Origin: Mobula hypostoma | Lineage: Eukaryota | Assembly: GCF_963921235.1 (NCBI RefSeq) | Contig: NC_086097.1 | Span: 47,122,001-47,186,000 of the forward strand | DNA: 64,000 nt | Direction: 5' to 3' | In this document: positions 27,085 to 39,750 of the stretch, piece after piece | Numbering within the stretch: position 1 is the stretch's first letter | How the letters are laid out: each line of letters begins with the position of its first letter | Position numbers and translations under genes: made by a program | The notes under the pieces: model-generated | The model's database searches: none | What the model was told of the DNA's origin: nothing | What the model saw: only the letters and a program-made list of their open reading frames with translations

Positions 27085-27965
27085 AACTAGTTATGATTGG
27101 ATGCAAAAGTAGGTGGCATGATAGTAAATTCATTGACGATGCCAACATTGGTTGTGTCGTTGACAGTGGAGAAGGTTGCCTTAGGTTACAGCAGGGTTTA
27201 GAGAATTACAGGTAGTATTTAACTCAGACAAGTGCAAAGTAATTTTGCCTGACATACAAAGTGAATGACAGAGTCCTTGTCAGTGCCGTTGAACAGAGAG
27301 ACCTTGGGATAGAAGTACATACTGTAACTCTTGAAAGTGACGACACAAGCAACTGGGTGGTGAAGAAGGTGAATCACACCCTTGTTTTCATTAGACAAGG
27401 CACTGAGTTCAAGAGTTAAGTGCTATGTTACAGTTTACAAACTGTTGGTTAGGCTGCACCTGGATCATGTGCAGTTCTGGTTGCTACACTATAGAAAAGA
27501 TGTGATTAAGTTAGAGAAGGCACAGAAAAGATTTATAAGGAATTTGCCTGAATTAGAGGAACTTGACTGGCAATATTAGAGTCCAAGTCTTTCTCTCCTG
27601 CCGAGAAGTGACATGATAGAGATAAATAAAATTATAGGCATAGATGAAATAAATAGCTAGAGACTGTTGCCCATAGTAATAGTGTCAACAATGAGAAGGC
27701 AATGGTGGAAGATGAGAGGGAGGAATTTTAAATTGGATTTGAATTGTACACTTCACTCAGTAGTTGAAATCTAGAAGGAGCTACCAGAGGAGATGGAGGC
27801 AGGACCAGCAAACAACATTTAAGAGGCATCAGTATAGGTATTTGAGCAAGAGGGATTGAATTAATAAAAGAAAGTGGGATTAGTATGGATAGACATGATG
27901 GGTAACATAGACATGGTGTACTGAAGATTCTGTTTCTGTGCTGTACAACATGGTATTCTAGAACT
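27085..27965 (+). mobile_element. Decayed CR1 3' part
   Basis: YKLLVRLHLDHVQFW...RKDVIKLEKAQKRFIR. Confidence 0.75.
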
Positions 27966-28510
27966 GTCCTGTCTAAGTTCATTGCCAGACGATCTATCAG
28001 ATATTATTCTTTCGCTATTTCAATATTTACGCTGAAGTTGAGTGGCTAGCAAGGCCACTTCGGAAGACATTTAAGGGTCAACCATATTGGTGTCTCTGTA
28101 GTCACTAATAGACTGAACCCGGTAAAAATGGAAGATTTATTCCCCTGAAGGATATTTGTGGACCATGTATAGCTTGTTGCAACAATTCAACAGTTTTGAG
28201 GTCATCATTTTCAATCATTAGATTTTTTTTTGTTTGTCCAGTCCTCTGGATGAAACCACCTTCTCACCACTGCATCCTTTAATTCAGTGTTTTAATATAA
28301 TTCTAGTATCACTGTAACCTGTCAGTTTTCAAAGGCTAACTTGTTTGATATTATTTTGAGATAGACTCCATTTGTCCTCTTTTGTGTTTAAATCAAGCCT
28401 CACATGAGTATGCTTGCCTTCAAACGTATAGCAAGTGACTTATATGAAACACTTGAGAGTGCTAACCATTTTCTTGTCAGAGTAGCAAAAGATGAACAAC
28501 AAAGGCAGAC

Positions 28511-30078
28511 ATCAGAATCAGTTTTATTATCACTGGCATGTGACATGAAATTTGTTAACTTAGCAGCAGCAGTTCAATGCAATACATAATCTAGCAGAGA
28601 GAAAAAAAACATAATAATAAACAAGTAAATCAATTTTGTATATTGAATAGATTATTAAAAATGTGCAAAAACAGAAATACTATATATTAAAAAAAGCGAG
28701 GTAGTGTCCAAAGCTTCAAAGTCCATTCAGGAATCAGATGGCAGATTGGAGGAAGCTGTTCCTGAATCACCGAGTGTGTGTGCCTTCAGGCTTCTGTATC
28801 TCCTACCTGATTGTAACAGTGAGAAAAGGGCATTCCCTGGGTGCTGAAGGTCTTTAGTAATGGATGCTGCCTTTCTGAGACACCGCTCTCTAAAGATGTT
28901 CTGCGTACTTTGTAGGCTAGTGCCCAAGATGGAGCTGACTAGATTTACAACCTTCTGCAGCTTCTTTCGGTCCTGTGCAGTAGCCCCTCCATACCAGACA
29001 GTGATGCAGCCTGTCAGAATGCTCTCCACAGTACAACTATAGAAGTTTTTGAGTGTATTTGTTGACATGCCAAATCGCTTCAAACTCCTAATAAAGTATA
29101 GCCGCTGTCTTGCCTTCTTTATGACTACATCAATACGTTGGGACCAGGTTAGATCCTCAGAGATCTTGACACCCAAGAACTTGAATCTGCTCACTCTCTC
29201 CACTTCTGATCCCTCCATGAGGATTGGTAGGTGTTCCTTCGTCTTACCCTTCCTGAAGCCCAGAATCAGCTCTTTCGTCTTACTGACGTTGAGTGCCAGG
29301 TTTTTGCTGCGGCACCATTCCACTAGTTGACATATCTCACTCCTGTACCTCCTCTCATCACCACCTGAGATTCTACCAACAATGGTTGTATCATCAGCAA
29401 ATTTGTAGATGGTATTTGAGCTATCCCTAGCCACACAGTCATGTGTATACAGAGAGTAGAGCAGTGGGTTAAGCACACACCCCTGAGATGCGCCAGTGTT
29501 GATCGTCAGTGAGGAGGAGATGCTATCACCAATCCGCACAGACTGTGGTCTTCCAGTTAGGAAATCGAGGATCCAATTACAGAGGGAGGTACAGAAGCCC
29601 AGGTTCTGCAACTTCTCAATCAGAATTGTGGGAATGATGGTATTAAATGCTGAGCTATAGTTGATGAACAGCATCCTGACGTAGGTGTTTGTGTTGTGTA
29701 GGTGGTCTAAAGCTGTGTGAACAGCCATGGAGATCGCGTCTGCTGTTGACTTATTGTGACGATATGCAAATCGCAATGGGTCCAGGTCCTTGCCGAGGCA
29801 GGAGTTCAGTCTAGTCATAACCAACCTCTCAAAGCTTTTCATCACTGTGGATGTGAGTGCTACTGAGTGATAGTCATTAAGACAGCCCACATTATTCTTC
29901 TTTGGCACTGATATAATTGTTGCCCTTTTGAAGCAAGTGGGAACTTCTGCCCGTAGCAGTGAGAGGTTGAAAATGTCCTCGAATACTCTCGCTAGTTGGT
30001 TGGCACAGGTTTTCAGGGCCTTACCAGGTACCCCATCGGGACCTTCTGCCTTGCGAGGGTTCACTCTCTTTAAAGACC
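28511..30078 (-). mobile_element. Rex1/Babar-type LINE, 5'-truncated, with an uninterrupted 445-aa RT ORF (28727-30064)
   Basis: RT motifs [39 protein letters not shown]; (TCTGA)n tail. Confidence 0.93.
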
Positions 30079-30509
30079 TTGTGAACGATACATATAGTCA
30101 ATGAATTTTTTTTGAAAAATTTCATCAAATACATTAAATTTCAAGATAGTACTTCATGGTCTCTTTTTTTATATGGTCATTGTTAGAAAATAATTTCTGA
30201 AGCCAGTGTGAACAAATTAACACCAAGGAAGAAATAATGATTTTAGTAGTAGTAATTTTCTCCTGTTTTGAATTAGCGTAATAATCATGATTTGGTTTGA
30301 GTTCTGAATGAAAGACAATCGGAAAGTAATGATGTCTTGAGGGTAGCCAGGATGAGCAAACTTCGGAGATTTTTACTCAAGTCATAAATAGAGGCTGCAT
30401 TTTCAGTGATAATTGATAGGTACTGGGGAAAAAATATTTTTTCATTGTCATTACGGAATTTCATGGCTTATCATGGCCACTTGAAGACTACTGAAGAGCA
30501 TTACAGTTA

Positions 30510-31722
30510 AAAGTTCAAAGTAAAATTTATTAGCAGAGTACATGCATGTCACTACATACAACTCTGAGATTCTTTTTCCTGTAGGCATACTCAGCAAGTC
30601 TATAGCATAATAATTGTAAACAGGATCAATGAAAAATCAAGAGCATAGAAGACAACGAACTGTTGAAATGCAACTATAAATAAATAGCAATAAATAACAA
30701 GATCAAGAGACCTTAAAGTGAGATCGTTGTTTGTGGGAACATCTCAATAGATGAGTGTAATTGAGTGTCCTGGCAAAGGGTCTCAGCCCGAAACTTCAAC
30801 CGTACCTCTTCCTAGAGATGCTGCCTGGCCTGCTGCGTTCACCAGCAACTTTTATGTGTGTTGCTTGAAATTCCAGCATCTGCAGAATTCCTCGTGAGAT
30901 GAGTGTAATTATCCTCTTTTGTTCAAGAGCCTGATGGTTGTGGAGTAATAAATGTTTTTGAACCTGGTGGTGCGAGTCTTGAGGCATTTGTATCTTCTGC
31001 CTGATGGCAACAATGAGAAAAGAGCATGGCCTCGGTGAGCATGATCTTTGATAGCTGTTGCTTTCCTACGGTAACATTTCATGTAGCTGTTCTCAATGGT
31101 TGGGAAGGCTTTACCCGCTATGTACTGGGCTGAACCCACTACCTTTTGTAGGATTTTCCGTTCAAAGGCATCGGTGTTCCCATACCAGGCCAATATGCAG
31201 CCAGTTAATGTACTTTCTACTACATATCTACAGAAATGTGTCAGGTTTTTGATCTCATGCGAAATCTCTGCAGCCTTCTAAGGAAGTAGAAGTACTGTCA
31301 TTCTTTCTTTGCAATTACATCTATGTGATGGGTGCAGGACAGATTCACTGAGGAATTTAAAGTTACTGCCCCTCTTCACCTTCAATCTTCCAATGAGGAC
31401 TGGTTCATGACCTCTGGTTTCCCTTTCCTGAGGTCTACAATTAGCTCCTTGCTCCTGCAGACATTGAGTGAGAGGCTGTTGTTATGACACCACTCAGCTA
31501 AATTTTCATTCTCCCTCCTGTATGGTGATTCATCACCACCTTTGATAAGGCCGACAAAAGTGGTGTCATCAGCAAACTTGAATATGGTATTGGAGCTGTA
31601 GGTGTAAAGCAAATAGAACAGGGATCTAAGCACACACCCCTTGGTGCACCTGTACTGATGGAGATTGTGGTGGAGATGTTTTTGCCAATCTGAACTGACT
31701 GGGGTCTGCAAGAGTGAGAGCA
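30510..31722 (-). mobile_element. Rex-type LINE with a Penelope-like terminus nested at 30763-30896
   Basis: FKFADDTTFVG and HALFSLLPSGRRY; the nested insert is flanked by AGATGAGTGTAATT at 30749-30762 and 30897-30910. Confidence 0.85.
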
Positions 31723-31896
31723 TAGGTCCTCTTTGGTCTGTTGAAGTTAGATTAACAGTTATTCCTATTTACTTTTAAATTGCTTCAGTTATAGATGAAG
31801 AAATTGGATCATCAGCACATATGGTGTGCTGATTCTGTCAGACTGATTAATCTACATGTACAGTTTAATTTCTCACAACATTTTTCCTCTTCTCAG

Positions 31897-31976
31897 GGTC
31901 AGTACTGACCCATCAAAACAGCAGACTCCCAACAAATCAGTGCCCACAAATACTTCACAAAGATCAAAGACTGTTA
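31897..31976 (+). CDS. MARK3: 80-nt frameshifting cassette exon, MARK4S-exon-like: (R)VSTDPSKQQTPNKSVPTNTSQRSKTV
   Basis: Acceptor tttttcctcttctcag|, perfect donor |gtaagt, open in the incoming phase-2 frame, in non-repetitive sequence. Length and peptide resemble the MARK4S-specific exon (VTLDPSKRQNSNRCVSGASLPQGSKI, from memory). Confidence 0.82.
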
Positions 31977-33291
31977 GTAAGTCTTCAGTCTCTAAATCTT
32001 TTCTCCGCTTCTGAACAAATTTTCTTGAACACATGCAAATCCTGTATTATGTGTAGAATTCCTCTTCTCTATCAGGTTTGAGTTCAGAAATACTTTCCCC
32101 ACAGTCTATTGAATGCAGTAGTTGAAGATGAATACATTTCAACCTGGATCATTGTTTTGAATGGTACTTAAAAAGTAAATATTAGGTTTTGATATTTCAG
32201 AGTTAAATACCCTATCTAAAATCCAATTTAAGGAAAATAGTTCATATGATTGTTAAATATTGCAAAACATGGGTTTTGTGTAGTTAGTCACTCTTACTTT
32301 CAATATGTTATTTATTTACCCCATTTTACTTTAAGATTATTTGATTGATTGTGAAAGCTGATCAAAAAGGCAGGATGCTCGAGAGAACACACTGAAATAT
32401 AATTTCAGTACCATTGAGTAATTTTTTTGCATAAGATTTCATTGATAAGGATATATTTCAGGAAGTAATGAATTTTAAATGTTATTTTAGGGAGACCCAT
32501 GCTTGTTTATTGATACGAATACCTTTCTGTGGCAAAATAATGCATGTAATGTGCACGTAGTAGGTGCAATGTCTGCTTTTGTTTTCCTTGCAATGCATTG
32601 CAAAGTTGATGTGCTTGTTTCAGTATGGTGTAGAAAATCAATTAGTTGAGATTGTCAACATAAATAAATTGCAGCGTTGTTTGTACGACAATTAGCTGTT
32701 GTGAACTTGAATGTAAGACCTTCATTTATGTAAATTTTTTCAGCTTTCTTTTCAGATTTCCTTCTTTTCATTTAAGGATATTTAGGAATTATTTTAGAAT
32801 TAGTAAATAAAGACAACATACTGAAATTGATAAATTAGATGTGTTTTGCCTCAAGTTGTGTTGGCAGCGAGATTGAAATGTTAAATTACACATCACATTT
32901 ATGAAGTGAAATTTACAGATTTTTACCAAATGCCTGTCATGTGCTTTTTTTTGGAAAATGCTAATAATTGTTTGACTGAAGGAAACAACATTTTTAGCTG
33001 AACTTGTAACTAAAGATTACTTGTAATTACTGGTTACACAAATAATCACTTAAGAATAATGTTTAGTTTGCTGAAGTACAACTTCTTATTTTTAAAATTT
33101 GGGTAAAAATTGAGAACATAATTTCAACTCATAAATTTTGTGTCATTGTTCAAATCCATTGTACACATTTGCTTCATCCCATACCTGGCCAATTGCAAAT
33201 CTCATTTCTATAAAGACTTGCATTTGTGCTCCATCTTTGCATCTATAGGAAAGGTTTTACTTTACAGATGGTAAAACTGCTGGAGCAGTAA

Positions 33292-33454
33292 CAGACACAA
33301 AATGCTGGAGGGGCCCAGCAGAGCTGATGAAGGGTCTTGGCCTGAAACGTTGACTGTACTCTTTTCCATAGATGCTGCCTGGCCTGCTGAGTTCCTCCAC
33401 CATTTTGTGTAGGTTGCTTGGATTCCCAGCATCTGCAGATTTCTCGTTTATGAT
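33292..33454 (+). repeat. Penelope-like terminal fragment with a hammerhead-like core
   Basis: CTGATGA-AGGGTCTTGGCCT-GAAAC-GTT-GACTG at 33324-33356; short inverted arm; imperfect flanking repeat tggagcag(cag)taa. Confidence 0.65.
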
Positions 33455-34720
33455 TGGAGCAGCAGTAATTCCTCTTGTCAGAAAAAGACAGTTTCTCTTT
33501 CATTCTGTAAACACATAGAATTCTTGTGAAACAGACTTCGAACTATGCAGTTTTGTTATGTGTTGTTAATTTCAGAGAAAAAAAAGTTACGAAGGTCTGT
33601 ATTATTAGACAAATCCCAGGGAAGACAGCAAAATACTCTTTAATCTAGCATAGATGCCTGTAAATATTATATACTGTAGGTATCCAGTTAAATTTGAATT
33701 AATTTTACTAAGATAGTGGTTTGCTTAGATTACAATTTTGTTAGGCTCTATCTCTAGTCTAATAAATCAAAAATTTCAATATTGGAACATCAAGCTTGCA
33801 TTAACCTTTTTCATTGTTATGGCAAATCAGGTTTAAGGGTGCTTCAGTTGGAAATTTAAAACTATCCTAAGAGGTCTTTTACGATTTCAAGTTTCTAACA
33901 TACGTGTTACGCCGGGAGCTTATAAAAATAATATTGGGTTCATTAAAAATATTGCTTAGTTTTTGGTTTAGAATCTGTAACCACTGAAATCCAAACGCCA
34001 AAATAATTTAACAGTTGAATTTGGTGCGAGCATGTTGTGATCTGTTTGCATCTGTGCTCATATGTTGTACTTGGAGGAGATGATGGAGATACAACCAGAA
34101 AGAAAGCAGGAAATATAAAATATTTTGTTAAATGCTCTATCTTGAAATTCTAGAAAAACAATTTACAACCTAATATATATTAATTTGTTCATTTTTCAAC
34201 TTTAATAATCCAGCTAGATTTGCTGTTTCAGATTGATCTTCTCCAGCATTTCATTCCTGCTTACCTTAAGCAAATTAGTTATCTTAGATTGTTTACTTTT
34301 TTTGTACTACTGCTTATATGTTTCAGAGACTGTAGAAATGTTATAATATTTATAATGCCTCAGTTATGAATTGTGCAATAAGATAGATTTCTACTGCCCT
34401 ATTAGACCATTATTCTGTTAAAATAAAGTCCTGAGAATGCTGGAAATGCCAAATAAAACAAAATGCTGGAAATACTTTTTTTAAATATACAAGCACCTGC
34501 ACAGAGGAATCTAGTTAACAACTCAAGTCAATGATTTTAACTTCTCATCAGCTGACCTGAAATGTCTAAACTTTTGATTACTTCAGTTGATTTAAATTAA
34601 AGAATTCCTTATGTACCTAAATACACATAAGAAGTAACATTTATGTTGATCTAAAGACGTTACAACCTTTGTCATCTTCAGTTCTGTTCAGAATCTCTCT
34701 CATTATCCCCTTCATTACAC

Positions 34721-37176
34721 AGTTCAAATTAAATTTATTATCAAGGTACATATATGTCACCATATACAACCCTGAGATTTATTTTCCTGTGGGCACGTTT
34801 AGCAAAAGTATAGACTAGAAACCATAACAGAATCAATGAAAGATCAACCAGAATGCAGAAGACAACTGAAAATATCAATAAATTGCAATAAATAACGAGA
34901 ACATATAAACAGTCCTTAAAGTGAGATAATTGGTTGTGGGAACATTTCAATGATGGAGCAAGTGAGTGTAGTTATCTCTTTTTATTCAAGAGTCTGATGG
35001 TTGAGGGGTAGAAACTGTTCTTGAACCTGGTGGTGCATGACAAGACTGTTGTACCTTCTCCCTGATGGCAGCAGTAAGAAGAGAGCATGTCCTGGGTGGT
35101 GGTGATCTGTGATGATGGATGCTGCTTTCCTGTGACAGCATTTCATGTGTGATGTCTATAAAAGGTATTCACCTCCTTGAAAGTTTTCATGCTTTACTGT
35201 TTTACAACACTGAATCACAGTGGATTTAACTTGGCTTTTTTGATGTTAATCAACAGAAAAAGACCCTCTTACGTCAAAGTAAAAAATGATCTCTACAATG
35301 TGATCTAAATTAATTATAAATATAAAACACACAATAATTGATTGCATAAGTATTCACCCCCTTCAAGTCAGTATTTAGTAGATGCACCTTTGGCAGTAAT
35401 TACAGCCTTGGGTCTGTGTGGATAGGTCTCTATCAGCTTTGCACATCGGAATACTGCAATCTTTCCCCATTCTTCTTTACAAAACTGCACAAGCTCTTTC
35501 AGATTGCATGGGGATTGTAAGTGAACAGCCCTTTTCAAGTGCAACAACAAATTCTCAATTGGATTGAGGTCTGGGCCACTCGGGACATTAACGTTGTTGT
35601 TTTTAAGCCATTACTATGTAGTTTTGGCTTTATGCTTGGGGTCATTGTCTTGCTGGAAAACAAATCTCCCAAGTCGCAATTCCCTTGCAGACTGCATTAA
35701 ATTTTCCTCACTGATTTACTTGTATTTTCCTGCATTCATTTTACCCTCTACCTTCACAAGCTTTCCAGGGCCTGCTGTAGTGAAGCATCCCCACAGCATG
35801 ATGCAGCCACCACCATGCTTCACGGTAGAGGTGTGTGTTTTTGATGATGTGTGGTGTTTGGTTTGATGGCCAAAAAGCTCAGTTTTGATGTTATTAGACC
35901 ATAGAACCTTCTTCCAGCTGACTTCAGAGTTTCCCATATGCCTTTTGACAAACTCTAGCTGGGATTTCGTATGACTATTTTTCAACAGTAGCTTTCTCTT
36001 TGCCTCACTCCCATAACGCTGCAACTGGTGAAGTACCCGGCCAACAGTTGTTGTATGTGCTGTCTCTCCCATCTCAGCCACTGAAGCTTGTAACTCCTCC
36101 AGAGCTGTTATGGGTCTCTGGAGGCTTCCCTATCTAGTCCTCTTCTTGCACGGTCACTCAGTTTTTGAGGACGCTCTGCTCTAGGCAGATTTACAGCTGT
36201 GCCATATTCTTTCCATTTCTTGATGATTGACTTAACTGTACTCCAAGGGATATTCAGTGACTGGGATATTTTCTTGTATCCATCCCCTGACTTGTGCTTT
36301 TCAATAACCTTTTCGCAGAGTTGTTTGGAGTGTTCTTTTGTCTTCATGGTGTAGTTTTTTGCCAGGATACTGACTTACCAGCAGATAGACCTTCCAGATA
36401 CAGGTGTATTTTTCCTAAAATCAATTGAAACACCTTGACTGCACACGTGATCTCCATTTAACTAATTATGTGACTTCTAAAACCAATTGGCTGCACCATT
36501 AATGATTTGTGTCATATTAAAGGGAGTGGGTGAATACTTATGCAATCAATTATTTTGTTTTTTATTTCTAATTAATTTAGATCACTTTGCAGAGATCTGT
36601 TTTCACTTTGACATGAAAAAGTCTTTTCCTGTTGATCAGTGTCAAAAAAGCCAAATTAAATCCATTGTAATTCAATGTTGTAAAACAATAAAACATGAAA
36701 ACTTCCAAGGGGGTGTAAATACTTTTATAGACACTGTAGATGTGCTCATGTGCTGTAGAGGATGAATCCACTACCTTTTATACAATTTGCTGCTCAAAGG
36801 CATTGGTGTTTCCATTCCAGGCTGTGATGCAGCCAGTCAATGCACTTTCCATTACCCATCTATTGAAGTTTGTCAAAGTTGTGGATGTCTTCCCAAATCT
36901 CGGCAGACTCCTGAGGAAGTAGAGGTGCTGCTGTACTTTTTGTTGAAATTGCACTTGGTTCCAGGACCGACCCTCTGAACTAGTAACACTCAGGAATTTA
37001 AAACTACTAACTCCCTCCACTTCTGATCCTGCAATGAGAATCACCTTGTGGATCTCTGGTTTCCCTCTCCTGAAGTCTATAATCAATTCTTTGGTCTTGC
37101 TGACATTGAGTGTGAGGTTGTTATTGTAGCACCACTCAGCCAAATTTTGCATCATCACCACCTTTGATTTGTCCCA
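34721..37176 (-). mobile_element. Rex-type LINE split by a Tc1 insertion
   Basis: [27 protein letters not shown]...ESALTGCITAW; host sequence is continuous across 35150-36736. Confidence 0.82.
35150..36736 (-). mobile_element. Tc1-like DNA transposon, near full length, inactivated
   Basis: TIRs of about 200 bp, right end ...ATAGACACTG|TA. Transposase remnants MKTKEHSKQLCEKVIEKHKSGDGYKKIS and TVKHGGGCIMLWGCF. Confidence 0.92.
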
Positions 37177-38371
37177 CACAAAGAAAATTTATTTTCCATA
37201 ATGCACATTTTTCCTACTGCTGTTGTCAGTCCATCAGATCGTGAAACCATCATTCATTTCCTTGACTCTACCAGACCCGTATTTTAATGCTGCACTTGCT
37301 GACCTCCCAGCCTCCAACAAAATCGAGCATTTAAAATCTTGCTGTTTGTGTCATATTTCACAGTAAGTCATCACACATTTTTGCTAACATGTTACTTTCC
37401 AATTTTGTAGTGTTTCCTTTAAAGTAATTAACTGTTGGGTGTCTGTTTATTGCTTGGCTCCATCTACCATCTGCCTAATCCCAGAATTGTCTAGGCTTGA
37501 ACTCTGGGAACATGCATTTTTCCTTGCACCCTTCTCTCAACCCATTGACAAAATTTCATGAAGTACAGCAGCAGGAATGCAGAAAAATTCAATTTGACAC
37601 TTCAAATCAAATATTATTTGGATGATCATACAAATCAACTCCACCTTTTTAGAACTAAACCTCAATCCCTGATTTTCTATGTACTCAGAATACACCAATC
37701 TCTGCCTTTAAAAGTTTACATGTTTCAATCTACTAGGAAGAACCTGGTCTACCAAAAATCTACAACCTGTACCTGCACATTAACATTCTATGATTCATAT
37801 AAAGTAGTCCTACCTCTGTGAACTAATATTTTGTAGTTTCTCACTTTTTAAAAAAATCTTTTCTGTTACACTGTACCAATAAACTACATAAATTAAATTT
37901 TCTTTATATAATATTTCCTTAGTCAACTATTACTAACTCATAAGCTGTCTAAAGAGATTGCCAAGACCAAAAATCTTAATTCTAAAAGGAAGATGCTAAA
38001 ACAGAAGGTACTAGAAATTCCTTGTAAGTTAGGCAGTAGCTGTGGAGAGAGAAGTAGAAGTTAAGTTTCAGGTTGATGATTATTGGAAATTGGGGAAAAC
38101 TGAATAAACAGGAATGGATTAAGTTGCAGAGAAAATGGAAGGATGGGAAGAACAATGTACATCATGGAGTGGAGACCAAGAAATCAATGGATGACTTGAT
38201 AGAGGGTGATGAAGCCACGTTATTATTTCCTAGCATTTGCCTTTATTCAAAGTTACCAGCAACTGCTGTTTTCTATATCTTTCAGTTCTATTGTGGTGTT
38301 CTTTTTCCTCTTCTGTTTACAATTTCTCCAAGAAATTGGTTGTATTTAACAAAACTTGCCCATTCATTCAT

Positions 38372-38475
38372 TCTCTCTCTCTCTCTCTCCTCTCTCTCCT
38401 CTCTCTCTCTCTCTTCCTCTCCTCTCCCCTCCGCTCTGCTCCTCGCCCCCCTCCCCCCTCCCCTCTCCCCTCCCC
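38372..38475. repeat. (CT)n / C-rich low-complexity tract
   Basis: Pyrimidine run read directly; lies among decayed Penelope-like termini (~37985-39435). Confidence 0.85.
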
Positions 38476-39750
38476 AAGTAAGTCATCCATTGTCCCTTGG
38501 TCTCCAGCCTGTCACAGAAATTCCCTTTTCATCTCATCCTCTCCTTTCTCTGCAACTTAAAACATGGCCATCTTCCAACATTCCAAGTTTTGATCGATAG
38601 TCATTGAACTCCAGTGTTAAATCTTTATTTCTGCACAGATGCTGTGTATGACCCATATTTTTCTAGCATTCTGTATTTCAGTATGCCTTTACAGCCTCTC
38701 TGGTCATCTCACAGCTTCCTTTTCCACCAGCTTTAGGCTCATGGTATGAAGAGTAGAGGAGGTATGAGACAGGAAAGTAGGTGATAGGGGTACTGAGAGG
38801 GGTGCAGAATGATAGACAGATGGAGCGAGGTGGGGAGAGGAGAATGGAGTTGGGAGGTAAGCAGGTGGTTGACAGGTGGAAGCAGATGGGATTGGGGAGG
38901 GAGGCAGACGCATACAGGTGGGGGAAGGGGAAGGAGAAGAAGATGATGGGAAATTCAAGGTAAATTAATTTATTATTCTCACATGTATCAATATACCGTG
39001 AAAACATTTTGTTTTGCATTTCAGTACACTGAGATAGGACAAAGTAAAAATAATGGGGAAAAAGGTGCAACAGTTAGAGGGAAAATGCAATGCAAGCAGA
39101 CAATAAGGAGCAAGACCTTGGTGAGATAAAGATTGTGAGGTCAAGAGTCCATCTGGATATATTAGGGACTATTCGGTTGTCCGGGTTAAAAGGCCGCAAG
39201 AGCAGCTGATAATAGGAACCATTAGTGGAGAGGTGAAAGGCAGATGGAGCCAATTGCAAGGTAGAATACAGAACATAGAGGAAGCTGGAATTTGAGTTCC
39301 TCCACCAGGTTGCATTTTTCTTTTGCTCCAGTTTTCAGCATTTGCAGTCTCTTTGGCTCTTTGTTTCTATTTTGCCTGATACGGTCAGACCTGCTGAGAG
39401 TTTCCAGCATTTTCTGCTTTTATTTCAGATTTCCAACAACTATAATTTTTTTGATTTTCATTTTCTTTCTAGTTTTGTGATATCATAGAAATGTTTGCAA
39501 TAAGCACTTAATTGATTTTCTCTGCATCTGTCAGAAACAAACAGTTTTGCTACTAAAATATAGTTTTGAAAAGTTTCATATTCCAGTGTGATTAAGTAGA
39601 TTTGTCTTGGTCATATGAAAGTGTATATTTTTCTGTCTGCATTCCATATGCGCTTCCTTGGTGTAGTCTTCGTGTGCAATAGACTTAAGTTACACAGTTT
39701 TAAGAATTCTCTTCTTCTTTTACTCGTGCTTTCGGATTGCTCTCATTGAG

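Noticed and set aside
28727..30064. 445-aa ORF as a host or domesticated gene
   Set aside because: 5'-truncated LINE RT with a LINE tail, a non-ATG start and multiple sibling copies in the window.
38073..39070. 175-aa and neighbouring Pro/Ser/Leu-rich ORFs
   Set aside because: Low-complexity pyrimidine and purine tracts within decayed repeats; no protein motifs or splice support.
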